Shown in pieces: positions 37,150 to 46,564 of a stretch of DNA of 63,857 nt; the first letter of the stretch is position 1; each line of letters opens with the position of its first letter. A model generated the notes under the pieces. That model did no database searches, was not told the DNA's origin, and saw nothing but the letters and a program-made list of their open reading frames with translations. Both the position numbers and the translations under genes were made by a program. The stretch covers positions 1 through 63,857 of the forward strand of contig CAMEQB010000001.1 in the NCBI GenBank assembly GCA_945932505.1. The letters are read 5' to 3'. Source of the stretch: an uncultured Spirochaetales bacterium (GTDB lineage Bacteria > Spirochaetota > Spirochaetia > Sphaerochaetales > Sphaerochaetaceae).

Positions 37150-37262
37150 CTGTTCCTCCTATCCGTCGGAACAGGAACACTATCAGAGTGCCTTCCAGAC
37201 GGATACTCTACGTTTGTTACTACTTCCGGGGTCTCCGTCCATGACGTTTCTCCTTATTATTT
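37150..37262 (-). promoter_or_regulatory. structured leader of mgtE copy 2 (uORF plus SD-occluding helices); class unknown
   Basis: In the minus-strand RNA, AUCCGUC inside the uORF pairs with GACGGAU immediately 5' of the SD AGGAGG. UGUUCCU can pair with AGGAACA, which spans the SD and spacer. Shares the blocks AUAAGGAGAAA, AUGGACG and GGAAGUA with the copy 1 leader. Confidence 0.4.
37183..37242 (-). CDS. candidate 19-aa leader peptide (uORF) MDGDPGSSNKRRVSVWKAL
   Basis: AAGGAG (37255-37250), a 7-nt spacer, then ATG at 37242. The TGA stop at 37185-37183 lies 33 nt before the mgtE ATG. Confidence 0.3.
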   Translation of the reverse strand: MDGDPGSSNKRRVSVWKAL

Positions 37263-37473
37263 GTGTTGATATTAAGATAACACAGATAAAGAAAGGAAGA
37301 AAGATGCATAGTGCTGTCAATTTTTAAAAAAATAAAGATTTAGCGAATGGGATTTTTTTATTAATTCTTTTTAATTAAAATAAATATAAAAGAATGAGTA
37401 AACTACTTTCTAGTTTGCGTTGAATTGCATTTTACCATACAATAAGTAATAGTTGACTAAAAAGGAGTCAGTT

Positions 37474-38781
37474 GTGTTAAATAAAGCCACTTTCAAAAGA
37501 GGCGGCGTTCATCCAGATGATATGAAGCGTCTCACAAAAGACAAAGCAGTTGAGAGGCTTCCTATGCCTGGTGAGTTATACGTCTCGATGTCTCAGCATC
37601 TAGGAGCCCCTGCCACTCCATTAAAGGCAAAGGGGGACAGAGTAGAAAAGGGAGAAGTAGTCGGAAAAGCTTCATCCTTCATTTCTGCAGACGTTCATTC
37701 TCCTGTTTCAGGTAGTGTCGTCGATGTAAGAAAGGTCAGATTGGCAACAGGAGCCAATGCAGACACTCTTGTCATCAAGCCAGATGAGGAACAGCCGGAT
37801 TCTTTCAAGACAGTCTATGATTGGAAGAGTCAGTCAAAGGAAGAGATTCAAGCTCTTGTCAAGGATATGGGCATCGTAGGTATGGGAGGTGCAACATTCC
37901 CTACAAACGTCAAGTTCTCTGTTCCTACAGGTAAAAAGGTGGAGTATCTTGTCATCAATGGTGTAGAGTGCGAACCATACATTACCTGTGACTATCGTTT
38001 GATGCTTGAAAATACAGACGATCTCTTGGAAGGTGCCATGATAGCAGCAAAGGCTGTGGATCCAGAAAAAATCGTCATCGGCATTGAGATGAACAAGATG
38101 GATGCTGCAGAGAAACTGGATAAGAGGGCGAAAGAGCTTGGATATCCAATCGAGATCCAGCCTTTGAAGATGAAATATCCTCAGGGAGACGAGAAGCAGC
38201 TTTTGAAGGCTATTACCGGTAGGGAGATTCCATCAGGAAAGCTTCCTTTGGATATCGGTTGTATCGTCTGTAATACAGCAACAACATACGCTATCTTTGA
38301 GGCTGTAAAGTATCATAAACCTCTTTTTGAAAGAAGAATCACTGTCAGCGGCGAGTGCATCAACGAACCAAAGAATATTCTTGCTCCTATCGGAACACCA
38401 TTCTCTGCTCTCATCGAGTACTGCGGTGGAATGAAAGAGGGTATTTATGAACTTGTCAGCGGCGGACCTATGATGGGGTTCGATGTTCCTGATGAAAGTG
38501 TCCCCATGGTAAAGGGTAGCGGTGGTCTCTTGGCTCTGCCAGACAAGAAGAAAGGCCAGACTTTCCCTTGTGTCTCCTGCGGTAAGTGTGTACAGCACTG
38601 TCCGATGGGTCTTATGCCAAACAGAATGTTCAGAAATATTAAGAACGGCAACTATGCCGAAGCAATGGCCTTGGGTCTTATGGACTGCAAAGAGTGCGGA
38701 TGTTGCTCTTTCTCTTGTCCATCCCACATTGACCTTGTCCAGGGCTTTAAACTTGGAAAGAAGATGGGGAGGAAAAAATAA
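37474..38781 (+). CDS. rnfC: Rnf electron-transport complex subunit C
   Basis: NADH/FMN-binding GMGGATFPT and two 4Fe-4S motifs (C.SCGKC...CP and CKECGCC...CP). GTG start at 37474, preceded by aaaaggag. Confidence 0.93.
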   Translation: MLNKATFKRGGVHPDDMKRLTKDKAVERLPMPGELYVSMSQHLGAPATPLKAKGDRVEKGEVVGKASSFISADVHSPVSGSVVDVRKVRLATGANADTLVIKPDEEQPDSFKTVYDWKSQSKEEIQALVKDMGIVGMGGATFPTNVKFSVPTGKKVEYLVINGVECEPYITCDYRLMLENTDDLLEGAMIAAKAVDPEKIVIGIEMNKMDAAEKLDKRAKELGYPIEIQPLKMKYPQGDEKQLLKAITGREIPSGKLPLDIGCIVCNTATTYAIFEAVKYHKPLFERRITVSGECINEPKNILAPIGTPFSALIEYCGGMKEGIYELVSGGPMMGFDVPDESVPMVKGSGGLLALPDKKKGQTFPCVSCGKCVQHCPMGLMPNRMFRNIKNGNYAEAMALGLMDCKECGCCSFSCPSHIDLVQGFKLGKKMGRKK

Positions 38782-39848
38782 TGCTTACTGTAAGAACAAG
38801 TCCACACGACCATGACTCTATCTCCACAGATAAGGCGATGCTCTATGTAGTCATGGCGCTTCTTCCATCTGCAATCTGGGGATGCGTAATGTTTGGCTTT
38901 AGGGCTGTCTTGGTCCTTTTGGTATCTATTGCTTCATCTCTTTTGACAGAGTGGCTTTTGGGTAAGATAAATAAAGAGAATACTCTTCGCGATTACTCGG
39001 CTCTTGTTACAGGGCTTTTGATCGGTATGAATATGCCTCCTGCAATTCCTCTTTTGATTCCTGTCCTGGCATCTGTCTTTGCAATCTTTATTGTAAAGTG
39101 GACCTTCGGAGGACTGGGATGCAACTGGGCCAACCCTGCAATCGCAGGAAGAGTCTTCGTATTCTTCTCTTTCTCTTCCTTGATGTCTAAGTTCTCAACA
39201 CCTTGGGTATTGAAGAGCTCGGCGGAGCTTGTCTCCTCTGCTACTCCTCTCAGCGCTCTAAAGATGGAGATTACATCAGGTTTAAGCTCTGAAGCTATAC
39301 TCTCATCTTCCGGCGTACCAATTTCTGGCGTAGCTCAATCCCTTTCTTCTTCCCTGGGGATTAATCCATATGTTGTGGATGAGTTTTTAGGCTTTGCCAG
39401 TGGATGTATCGGAGAAGTCAGCGCACTATTACTCCTCGTCGGCGGACTCTTTTTGATTTTCAAGAAAGTCATCTCTTGGAGAATACCTGTCTCTTATATT
39501 CTTTCTTATGCTCTCTTACAGTGGGTTTTCGGAGGAGTAAGAGGTGGAAACGGACTATGCTGTGGCGAAGTTCTTCTTCCTATTCTCTCTGGCGGTCTTA
39601 TGCTTGGAGCCTTCTTTATGGCAACAGACTGGGTTACTACGCCGACCACTCCTATGGGAGAGATAATATTTGCCATAGGTTGCGGCCTCTTTACATTTAT
39701 CATCAGATGCTTCGGCTCCTTGGCTGAAGGTGTCTCTCTTGCGATACTGTTGATGAACATGGTTTCTCCTACCATCGACAGATTCTGCAAGGCAAAGAAA
39801 TTCGGTTATGTAAAACCGCCAAAGAAGGAAAAGGGGGCTAAGGCATGA
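38781..39848 (+). CDS. rnfD: Rnf complex subunit D
   Basis: Polytopic membrane protein with an SPH...N-terminus and the NqrB/RnfD FMN-attachment-like SSATPL motif. Overlaps the rnfC stop. Confidence 0.93.
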   Translation: MLTVRTSPHDHDSISTDKAMLYVVMALLPSAIWGCVMFGFRAVLVLLVSIASSLLTEWLLGKINKENTLRDYSALVTGLLIGMNMPPAIPLLIPVLASVFAIFIVKWTFGGLGCNWANPAIAGRVFVFFSFSSLMSKFSTPWVLKSSAELVSSATPLSALKMEITSGLSSEAILSSSGVPISGVAQSLSSSLGINPYVVDEFLGFASGCIGEVSALLLLVGGLFLIFKKVISWRIPVSYILSYALLQWVFGGVRGGNGLCCGEVLLPILSGGLMLGAFFMATDWVTTPTTPMGEIIFAIGCGLFTFIIRCFGSLAEGVSLAILLMNMVSPTIDRFCKAKKFGYVKPPKKEKGAKA

Positions 39849-40396
39849 AAAATACAATTGTTACAAGTGTTGTTCTTTTCTTGATCTGTGCTGTATGTGC
39901 CGTTCTCTGTGCTTCCGTCAACTATGTTACAGCCCCTCGAATTGAAGAAAATATTAGAATAGCCAACGCTGAGGCTTTGAAGAGCGTAGCTGGAGACTTG
40001 GAAATCGGTGAGACAGTGGCTGTAACAGGCTTTAGTGGAGTAGAAGAGTCTACAGATCTATTTAGAGATGGAAAGAAAGTGGGTATAGCTCTTCTTCTCT
40101 CCGGCTCCGGTTATGGTGGATCTTTCTCCATTATCGCTTCCTATGATACCAACGGCGCTTTGATGGGTGCCAAGATGACTGTAGACAGTGAAACTGCAGG
40201 TCTTGGAAAGAAAGCTGAAGAGTCTTGGTACATGGATCTATTTAAAGGGATGGGTGTAGATAAACCATTTCCGTCAGCTCCGAAAGATCTAAGCGCAGAC
40301 GATACTGCTCTGGTAAGCGGAGCTACAGTTACTTTCAAGGGTGTGAGCAAGGCTCTTAAGAATGGAAGTGACTATATCAAGGAGGGCGCAAAATGA
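39845..40396 (+). CDS. rnfG: Rnf complex subunit G
   Basis: N-terminal anchor and an FMN-binding domain (DSETAGLG...VSGATVT). Confidence 0.9.
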   Translation: MKNTIVTSVVLFLICAVCAVLCASVNYVTAPRIEENIRIANAEALKSVAGDLEIGETVAVTGFSGVEESTDLFRDGKKVGIALLLSGSGYGGSFSIIASYDTNGALMGAKMTVDSETAGLGKKAEESWYMDLFKGMGVDKPFPSAPKDLSADDTALVSGATVTFKGVSKALKNGSDYIKEGAK

Positions 40397-41028
40397 AAAA
40401 CAGCCACTTGAAAGAACTTACTAAAGGTATCTGGAAAGAGAACCCTATATTTGTAATTATGCTTGGTATGTGTCCGACCCTCGCCGTCTCCACTCAGGTA
40501 TCTAATGCCCTTGGAATGGGACTTGGAGTCGTGTTTGTATTGACACTTTCCAACATCTTCATCTCTCTTTTGAAGAAAGTTATTCCTGATTCCATCAGAA
40601 TCCCTTCATATATCGTCATCATCGCTTCTTTTGTAACCATACTTGAAATGTTGATGCACGCTTATATGCCAAGTTTGTATGATGCTCTTGGAATATATCT
40701 TTCACTTATCGTCGTCAACTGTGTAATCCTTGGTAGAGCAGAAGCCTTTGCCAACAAAAACAGTGTCTTGGATTCTGCTCTCGATGGTATCGGCATGGGA
40801 CTTGGTTTCACCTTGGGCCTAACTATCATCGCTCTTATCAGAGAAGTACTTGGAAGCGGAACAATCACACTCTTTGCTATTGGAAGCTGGGATGGAGTAA
40901 TCAGGATACCAGGACTAGTATCTACTCCAATCAGAGTCGTTGGAATGAGTGCCGGCGCCCTTCTTGTAATGGGCCTTTTGAAGGCTTTCTTTACATGGAA
41001 GGAGAGTAAAAAAGGAGAGGAGAAATGA
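40393..41028 (+). CDS. rnfE: Rnf complex subunit E
   Basis: RnfE/NqrD signature (NPIFV..LGMCPTLAV, ALGIYL.LIVVNC.ILGRAEAFA). Confidence 0.93.
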   Translation: MKNSHLKELTKGIWKENPIFVIMLGMCPTLAVSTQVSNALGMGLGVVFVLTLSNIFISLLKKVIPDSIRIPSYIVIIASFVTILEMLMHAYMPSLYDALGIYLSLIVVNCVILGRAEAFANKNSVLDSALDGIGMGLGFTLGLTIIALIREVLGSGTITLFAIGSWDGVIRIPGLVSTPIRVVGMSAGALLVMGLLKAFFTWKESKKGEEK

Positions 41029-41618
41029 GCTATATCGGAATTCTTGTCACTTATATATTTGTAAACAACTTTATTCTGGTGAAGTTCATGGGTATCTGCC
41101 CTTTCATCGGAGTAAGTAAAAACAGCTCCTCTGCCATAGGTATGGGGGTTGCCGTCACATTCGTCACCAGCGTTACAAGCGTAGTGTGTTGGATGGTTTA
41201 TCATGGACTATTGGCTCCATTTGGCTTGGAATATTTGAGGACGATCTCTTTTATTCTTGTCATCGCAGCTATGGTTCAGCTTGTAGAGATGGTTATAAGA
41301 AAGTTCTCTCCATCCCTTTATAAGGCTCTTGGTATTTACCTTCCTCTTATTACAACTAACTGTGCTGTCCTTGGTATTGCCATCATCAATATCGATTCTG
41401 GATATAACCTGTTAGAGTCATTTGTTGCAGGAGCTGCAGCAGGACTTGGATTCACAATGGCCATCATCCTGATGTCAAACATCAGAGAGAAGCTGGAATT
41501 GACTCCGGTAAGAAAGAGTTTCAAGGGTGTACCTATCACATTTATCAGTGCAGGAATAATGGCTTTGGCATTCATGGCCTTCGATTCCAGCTTACTGACA
41601 AATCTAGGTCTTGTTTAA
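41025..41618 (+). CDS. rnfA: Rnf complex subunit A
   Basis: RnfA/NqrE signature (GICPF.GVS, LGIYLPLITTNCAVLG). Confidence 0.93.
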   Translation: MSYIGILVTYIFVNNFILVKFMGICPFIGVSKNSSSAIGMGVAVTFVTSVTSVVCWMVYHGLLAPFGLEYLRTISFILVIAAMVQLVEMVIRKFSPSLYKALGIYLPLITTNCAVLGIAIINIDSGYNLLESFVAGAAAGLGFTMAIILMSNIREKLELTPVRKSFKGVPITFISAGIMALAFMAFDSSLLTNLGLV

Positions 41619-41633
41619 GGAGGAAGAGAATAC

Positions 41634-42425
41634 ATGAATATTTTATATGCGTTTTTAGTAGTCTCAGTATTGGGCCTTCTCCTTGGTGCAGGACTAGCTG
41701 TAGCAGATAAACTTTTGAAAGTAAAAAAAGATGAAAAGCTGGAGAAGCTTGAAGCCATAATGCCTGGTGCAAACTGTGGTGGCTGTGGCTTTGCAGGATG
41801 TTCTGCATATGCCGCTGCTGTTGCAGAAGGAACAGCCAAGCCAGGTCTTTGTTCACCGGGAGGCAAGGATCTTGCTGCAAAGATGGGCGAAATAATGGGC
41901 GTCAGCGTTGAAGAAACAGAGAGAAAAGTTGCCTTTGTATTCTGTCAGGGTGGAAAAGACGTCACTCGTGAAGATTATAAATATCAGGGAATCAAGGACT
42001 GTAATGCAGCTTCTCTTCTTTTCCAGGGGCCTAACGGTTGCAAGGAAGGGTGTCTCCATATGGGTTCCTGTATGGCTGTTTGCCCTGTAAAGGCTATAGG
42101 CTATGACGATAATGGAGACGTTAAAGTCGATAAAGAAAAGTGTGTAGGTTGTGGCGCCTGCACAAAAGTCTGTCCAAACGGAGTCATTAAGCTTGTCCCT
42201 TATAGTGCTGAGTACATCGTTGCCTGCAACAACCACGAACCGGGGGGAAAGGCAAAGAAGAATTGCTCAAAGGCATGTATTGGCTGTAAGATGTGTGTGC
42301 TGAAAGTTGAGAATTCTCCATTTACAGTAGATAAATTCCTCTCTGTGAATGATTATTCCAAAGATCAGAGCGCATGCCCACTTGCAGCAGAGAAGTGTCC
42401 GCAGAAGTCCATTGTCAGGAGATAA
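41634..42425 (+). CDS. rnfB: Rnf complex subunit B
   Basis: N-terminal anchor, the CGGCG..GC cluster motif, and several CxxCxxCxxxCP ferredoxin motifs. Confidence 0.92.
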   Translation: MNILYAFLVVSVLGLLLGAGLAVADKLLKVKKDEKLEKLEAIMPGANCGGCGFAGCSAYAAAVAEGTAKPGLCSPGGKDLAAKMGEIMGVSVEETERKVAFVFCQGGKDVTREDYKYQGIKDCNAASLLFQGPNGCKEGCLHMGSCMAVCPVKAIGYDDNGDVKVDKEKCVGCGACTKVCPNGVIKLVPYSAEYIVACNNHEPGGKAKKNCSKACIGCKMCVLKVENSPFTVDKFLSVNDYSKDQSACPLAAEKCPQKSIVRR

Positions 42426-42428
42426 GAT

Positions 42429-44231
42429 TTGAAACTAGCCTTGGGTTTATATACTCTATTACAGACACCGCCTGCGTCTTTGTTCGATAAGACGCTGGCT
42501 CTTGTTTATGAGCCTGTACTCTCATACATGTACAATAACCCAGGGCACTTTCTTTCCCTCTACCAGTCATCGAATATGATGAAGCATATCCAGAGGGAAA
42601 GACCTGAATATAGATCGTTGGTTGCTACCCTTTGTAAACGAGGGGAGATAGATCCTTTGACAGGTTCTTGGTCCCAATCTGTCCTCTCTCTGCTTCCTCC
42701 AAAAGACAGAGTGTCCCAGATAGAAAAGCTTACGTCCTTTATCCGCCATGAGTATGGCGTTCTTCCTACTACTGCTTTTTTCTATGGACAGGTTTGGCAG
42801 CCTTTATTTATTTCTCTTTTAAAGAATGCTGGAATAGATAATGTTGTGATCTCTACCTATTCCTCTGGAGACGCTCCTCTCTATAGAGACGCCTTCTGGA
42901 TGAATGAACTAGGTAGAAAAGAGAAGATTTATCCTCTCGATGACTGCGTCGCCCGTTTGGTAGAGGCTTACAGCAAGGGTGAAATAAAGTATCAGGAACT
43001 GAAGGAAAGAGTACTAAAGAGCCTCTCAGAGGGTGATCATGATAGGACTGTATTCCTAAATATGGATCAACTAGTTTTGGGAAGAGACAGGGAAGGAGAA
43101 GGTGAAAAGCCCGGAAACTTGGTCATAGACATACTCTCTTCTTTTCCTACGACTCTCATTTCCGATATTCCAGTCCATACTCCAGGATATCTTCCTCAAG
43201 GATGGTATGGAAGAGATGGCCTCAAGTATTCTTTCTCTACATTTAACGAACTCTTGGTTTATAATGATAGCTATCGCTACTTATACAACAGGTACATTAC
43301 ACTTGCTGAAGGCACCCAGTCCAGAACAAACAGACTATTGAAAAAAGATGTGACTACAGCACTATTCAACGTGGCTACAGGTCCATTGTTTATTCATGAT
43401 GTCCAGCTCTCTCCTATGCGCTATAGAACGAGACGAACATTCTGGGAAAGCATAATCGGTGCTGAAAGCTTCTTTATCGAGTACACTGAAGCTCCTGCAT
43501 ATAGGGAATTTGATTGGGAGGATATACAACGCCCTGATATTGTAATGGCGAATAATTCATATCTTTCCATTATATCTCCTAAAGGCGCTTCATCTCCTGA
43601 ATTTGACTTTATTCCTCAGAAAATAAATATCTTCGATTCCCGGCTTCCTTTGGACAGAAATATTCCCGACGGTCCATTAAACAAGTCTTTCTCTGATATC
43701 ATCAAAATAGGTGACACAGAGTGGAACACTCAAGACGAGATGTTCTCGTATGAACCCTTGGATAAAAAAAGAAGTGAAATAGAATTCTTGATGGAGAATG
43801 ATTCTCTTCCTTTCTTATTGTCCAAAAGATATAAAATGAGGGCCTCTACATTTATCCTTGATATCCTTTTGACCAATAACTCTACATCAAAAATAGAGGG
43901 TAATTACTCTGTGGTCGTTTATCTCTCAATGGATGATGCATCCATTTTCGGTCCGGAGCAAAGAATGGACATGGTAACCAAGGGTGTAGTCAGCGCCAAG
44001 ACAGTAAAGTATTCATCGAAGATGGAAGATGATCTACAAGTCATATTCTCCAGTACGTCAACCTTTACTCTTACTGAAGAAAACTTAAAGACAAAGGAAG
44101 TCACAGCTCTCGGAGAAGAAGAATTTGCTCTTGGAAGAAAGATTGTTTTTACTTTCCCTCTTGAAGCGGAGGTGTATGAATCGGTAACCTATAGATTGGT
44201 TATGCGAGTACAAGGACAGAAAAAAGAGTAG
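42429..44231 (+). CDS. GH57-like protein, apparently catalytically degenerate
   Basis: The N-terminal about 230 aa align by eye to GH57 4-alpha-glucanotransferase/amylase conserved regions. RGEIDPLTGSWSQSVLSLLPPKDRVSQIE corresponds to GQVEI...YEPVL..IP.EDR..QI, and AFFYGQVWQP corresponds to WLTERVWQP. TTG start with aggag 7 nt upstream, 3 nt after the rnfB stop. Confidence 0.55.
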   Translation: MKLALGLYTLLQTPPASLFDKTLALVYEPVLSYMYNNPGHFLSLYQSSNMMKHIQRERPEYRSLVATLCKRGEIDPLTGSWSQSVLSLLPPKDRVSQIEKLTSFIRHEYGVLPTTAFFYGQVWQPLFISLLKNAGIDNVVISTYSSGDAPLYRDAFWMNELGRKEKIYPLDDCVARLVEAYSKGEIKYQELKERVLKSLSEGDHDRTVFLNMDQLVLGRDREGEGEKPGNLVIDILSSFPTTLISDIPVHTPGYLPQGWYGRDGLKYSFSTFNELLVYNDSYRYLYNRYITLAEGTQSRTNRLLKKDVTTALFNVATGPLFIHDVQLSPMRYRTRRTFWESIIGAESFFIEYTEAPAYREFDWEDIQRPDIVMANNSYLSIISPKGASSPEFDFIPQKINIFDSRLPLDRNIPDGPLNKSFSDIIKIGDTEWNTQDEMFSYEPLDKKRSEIEFLMENDSLPFLLSKRYKMRASTFILDILLTNNSTSKIEGNYSVVVYLSMDDASIFGPEQRMDMVTKGVVSAKTVKYSSKMEDDLQVIFSSTSTFTLTEENLKTKEVTALGEEEFALGRKIVFTFPLEAEVYESVTYRLVMRVQGQKKE

Positions 44232-44261
44232 TCCTTAATAAGAAATATAGGAGAAATAAAT

Positions 44262-45366
44262 ATGTTTATTGAAAACAAAGCTCAGTTTGAAGACATAAAA
44301 GAAGAAGCCTACAACGTATGGAGGCGTCTTTGAACAGGCGGGGACTGAAAACGAAATAAAGAAAATCGAAGAAGAGACTGCAGCCCCTGATTTTTGGAAT
44401 AATCCTGAAAATGCAGAAAAGACATTCCAGAAATTAAACTCTCTTAAAGACAGCTACTATCCATGGAAAGAGATCATCGGCGAGATTAATGATCTGGGAG
44501 AGCTGATCGAGTTATATAAGAGCGAAGAAGATGAAGACTTGAGAATGGAGCTACAGAATCAGATTACTGCTCTTGAGGAGAAGTTCAGACCTCTTAAGGT
44601 AAAAACTCTCCTTGACGGCAAATTTGATAAAAACAATCTTTACCTATCTATTCATGCTGGAGCCGGTGGCACTGAAGCCAGCGACTGGGCAAGTATGCTT
44701 ATGAGAATGTACACCAGATGGACTGAACGCCATGGCTTTAAATGCGAAGTCTTGGACCTTGAAGAAAACGAAGGTGGAATCAAGAGCGTCACGATGAAGG
44801 TCTCCGGTGACTATGCTTTCGGATATCTTAAGGGAGAAGCCGGTGTCCATAGATTGGTAAGAATAAGCCCATACGATGCAGCAAAGCGAAGACATACATC
44901 TTTTGCTTCTGTCTATGCTTCTGCTGAAGTCGATGACGACATCGAGATCGAGATTAAGCCGGAAGACTACAGACTCGATACATACAGAGCCGGTGGTGCA
45001 GGTGGACAGCACGTCAACAAGACAGACTCTGCTGTAAGAATCACACACTATGCTACAGGCATCGTAGTACAGTGTCAGAACGAAAGAAGCCAGTATATGA
45101 ATAAGGATGTAGCTTTCAAGATGTTGAGAGCTAAGCTTTATGAGTATTATCAGAAAGAGAAGGAAAAGGAAAAGGAAGCCAACGCTATAGCTAAGCAGGA
45201 TATTGCGTGGGGTAGCCAGATCCGATCCTATGTCTTCCAGCCATACACACTGGTAAAAGATAACAGAACAAACTACAGCACAGGAAATATTCAGGCTGTT
45301 ATGGATGGTGAAATTGACGACTTTATCGAAAGCTATCTCCATTACGCCAAGGAGAATAATCTTTAA
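44262..45366 (+). CDS. prfB: peptide chain release factor 2 (requires programmed +1 frameshift at 44331)
   Basis: Frame 0 runs from ATG 44262 to ...CTT TGA (44331-44333). The +1 frame is open from 44332 and encodes the rest of RF2, including GGQ (AGGAGGQHVNKTDSAVRITH). Total about 367 aa. Confidence 0.93.
44320..44333 (+). promoter_or_regulatory. RF2 programmed +1 frameshift site
   Basis: GGAGG (an internal SD-like element), a 3-nt spacer CGT, then CTT TGA. The spacing matches the classical E. coli prfB site. Confidence 0.85.
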
Positions 45367-46552
45367 TCGAAGATTTATAATTTTCTTGGTGTTAATACTG
45401 ACTCTCTGTCCGTTGGGGGCAGAGAGTTGGCGTTATTCTATATTAGGTGAAAATGATGGTTATGTGGCACTTGTCGATAGTGTCATATCTCTTATGCCTT
45501 ATGTAGATAACGTTGATATGACTAAAAGCGTCAGAGAACGGGCAGAAAGAAACGAAAGAATAAAAACAGAGAAGAAAAAAGCTGAATACTACGAGAAAGA
45601 GAATTATACCTCGCTTTCTTCTCTCTCCCTCTCTCAAGTCACCATCCCTGAAAGACTAGAAATAGAGAAGGTAGATACTTCTTTCTCTGATTACTCTTCT
45701 CTCCTGAGAACAGGTGATACAGATACCTATGAATATCTACTCTCTCAGAATAACCTGGATGCTTTGATATATGTTAAGAGCGAAGGCGAGGGGACCATAA
45801 GAGAGATAGAAGTCATCTATAACGGCGGGATCATCAGAAAGGCTTTTTATACTACATCTCTCTTTAACTACGAAGAAGAAGCTCTCACTGATTACTTTAC
45901 CTCTCTTCTTCTTTCTACCGATCACAATTGGCACCGAATAAATGTAGATGTGCCATCTGTATCAATAGTTATTGATGGAAATGTGAAGACAAATTCCTCT
46001 GACTTGATAGTCTTGGAGAATGGACCACATACATTCACTCTTTCAGCCTCTGGGTATCTAGACAAGACCGAGACAATAGAAGTCGGAGAAGATAGAGACA
46101 TAAACCTTACTCTTTCTCCTCTCGATTCCCATAGTTTATATATATCGACACTTCCTTGGAGTGTAGATATGAGAGTAAATGGGGAGGTGTCTGATGGTAA
46201 GTTTATCCAGTCCATCCATTCTCCTTACACTATTTCACTCTCATCTCCTAATTTTTCTCATCTCACATTTCAATCAAATAGAATGGATGAAAGTATAGAT
46301 GTAGAGCTAAATCCATTATGGACAGAGGCCGATGAGATAATAATAGAGAAGAAAAACGACTTTTATCGTTCGATCTTTACTTCTCTTCTATCATTTGGCG
46401 GTTATACAGCACTTAGAGCTGTAGAAAATATAAATGGAACGACAGGTCCGAATGCACTTAAGGTTGTTTTCGGAGGTATCTCGATAGTATCATTGATCAA
46501 TCTAGTCTGCACTGCCATAGATTACTACGAGAGTGCAGGCCAAGGAATATAA
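45305..46552 (+). CDS. PEGA-domain membrane/lipoprotein-like protein (start uncertain)
   Basis: Signal-like N-terminus RRIIFNRRFIIFLVLILTLC, a PEGA-like segment (IVIDGNVKTNSSDLIVLENGPHTFTLSASGYLDKTETIEV), and a C-terminal TM helix. ATG 45305 overlaps prfB by 62 nt, so the true start may be internal. Confidence 0.55.
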   Translation: MVKLTTLSKAISITPRRIIFNRRFIIFLVLILTLCPLGAESWRYSILGENDGYVALVDSVISLMPYVDNVDMTKSVRERAERNERIKTEKKKAEYYEKENYTSLSSLSLSQVTIPERLEIEKVDTSFSDYSSLLRTGDTDTYEYLLSQNNLDALIYVKSEGEGTIREIEVIYNGGIIRKAFYTTSLFNYEEEALTDYFTSLLLSTDHNWHRINVDVPSVSIVIDGNVKTNSSDLIVLENGPHTFTLSASGYLDKTETIEVGEDRDINLTLSPLDSHSLYISTLPWSVDMRVNGEVSDGKFIQSIHSPYTISLSSPNFSHLTFQSNRMDESIDVELNPLWTEADEIIIEKKNDFYRSIFTSLLSFGGYTALRAVENINGTTGPNALKVVFGGISIVSLINLVCTAIDYYESAGQGI

Positions 46553-46564
46553 GGAATATTGTTT

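Noticed and set aside
44644-45342. 232-aa ORF antisense to prfB.
   Set aside because: It is entirely inside the conserved RF2 coding frame, with no start context or recognisable domains.
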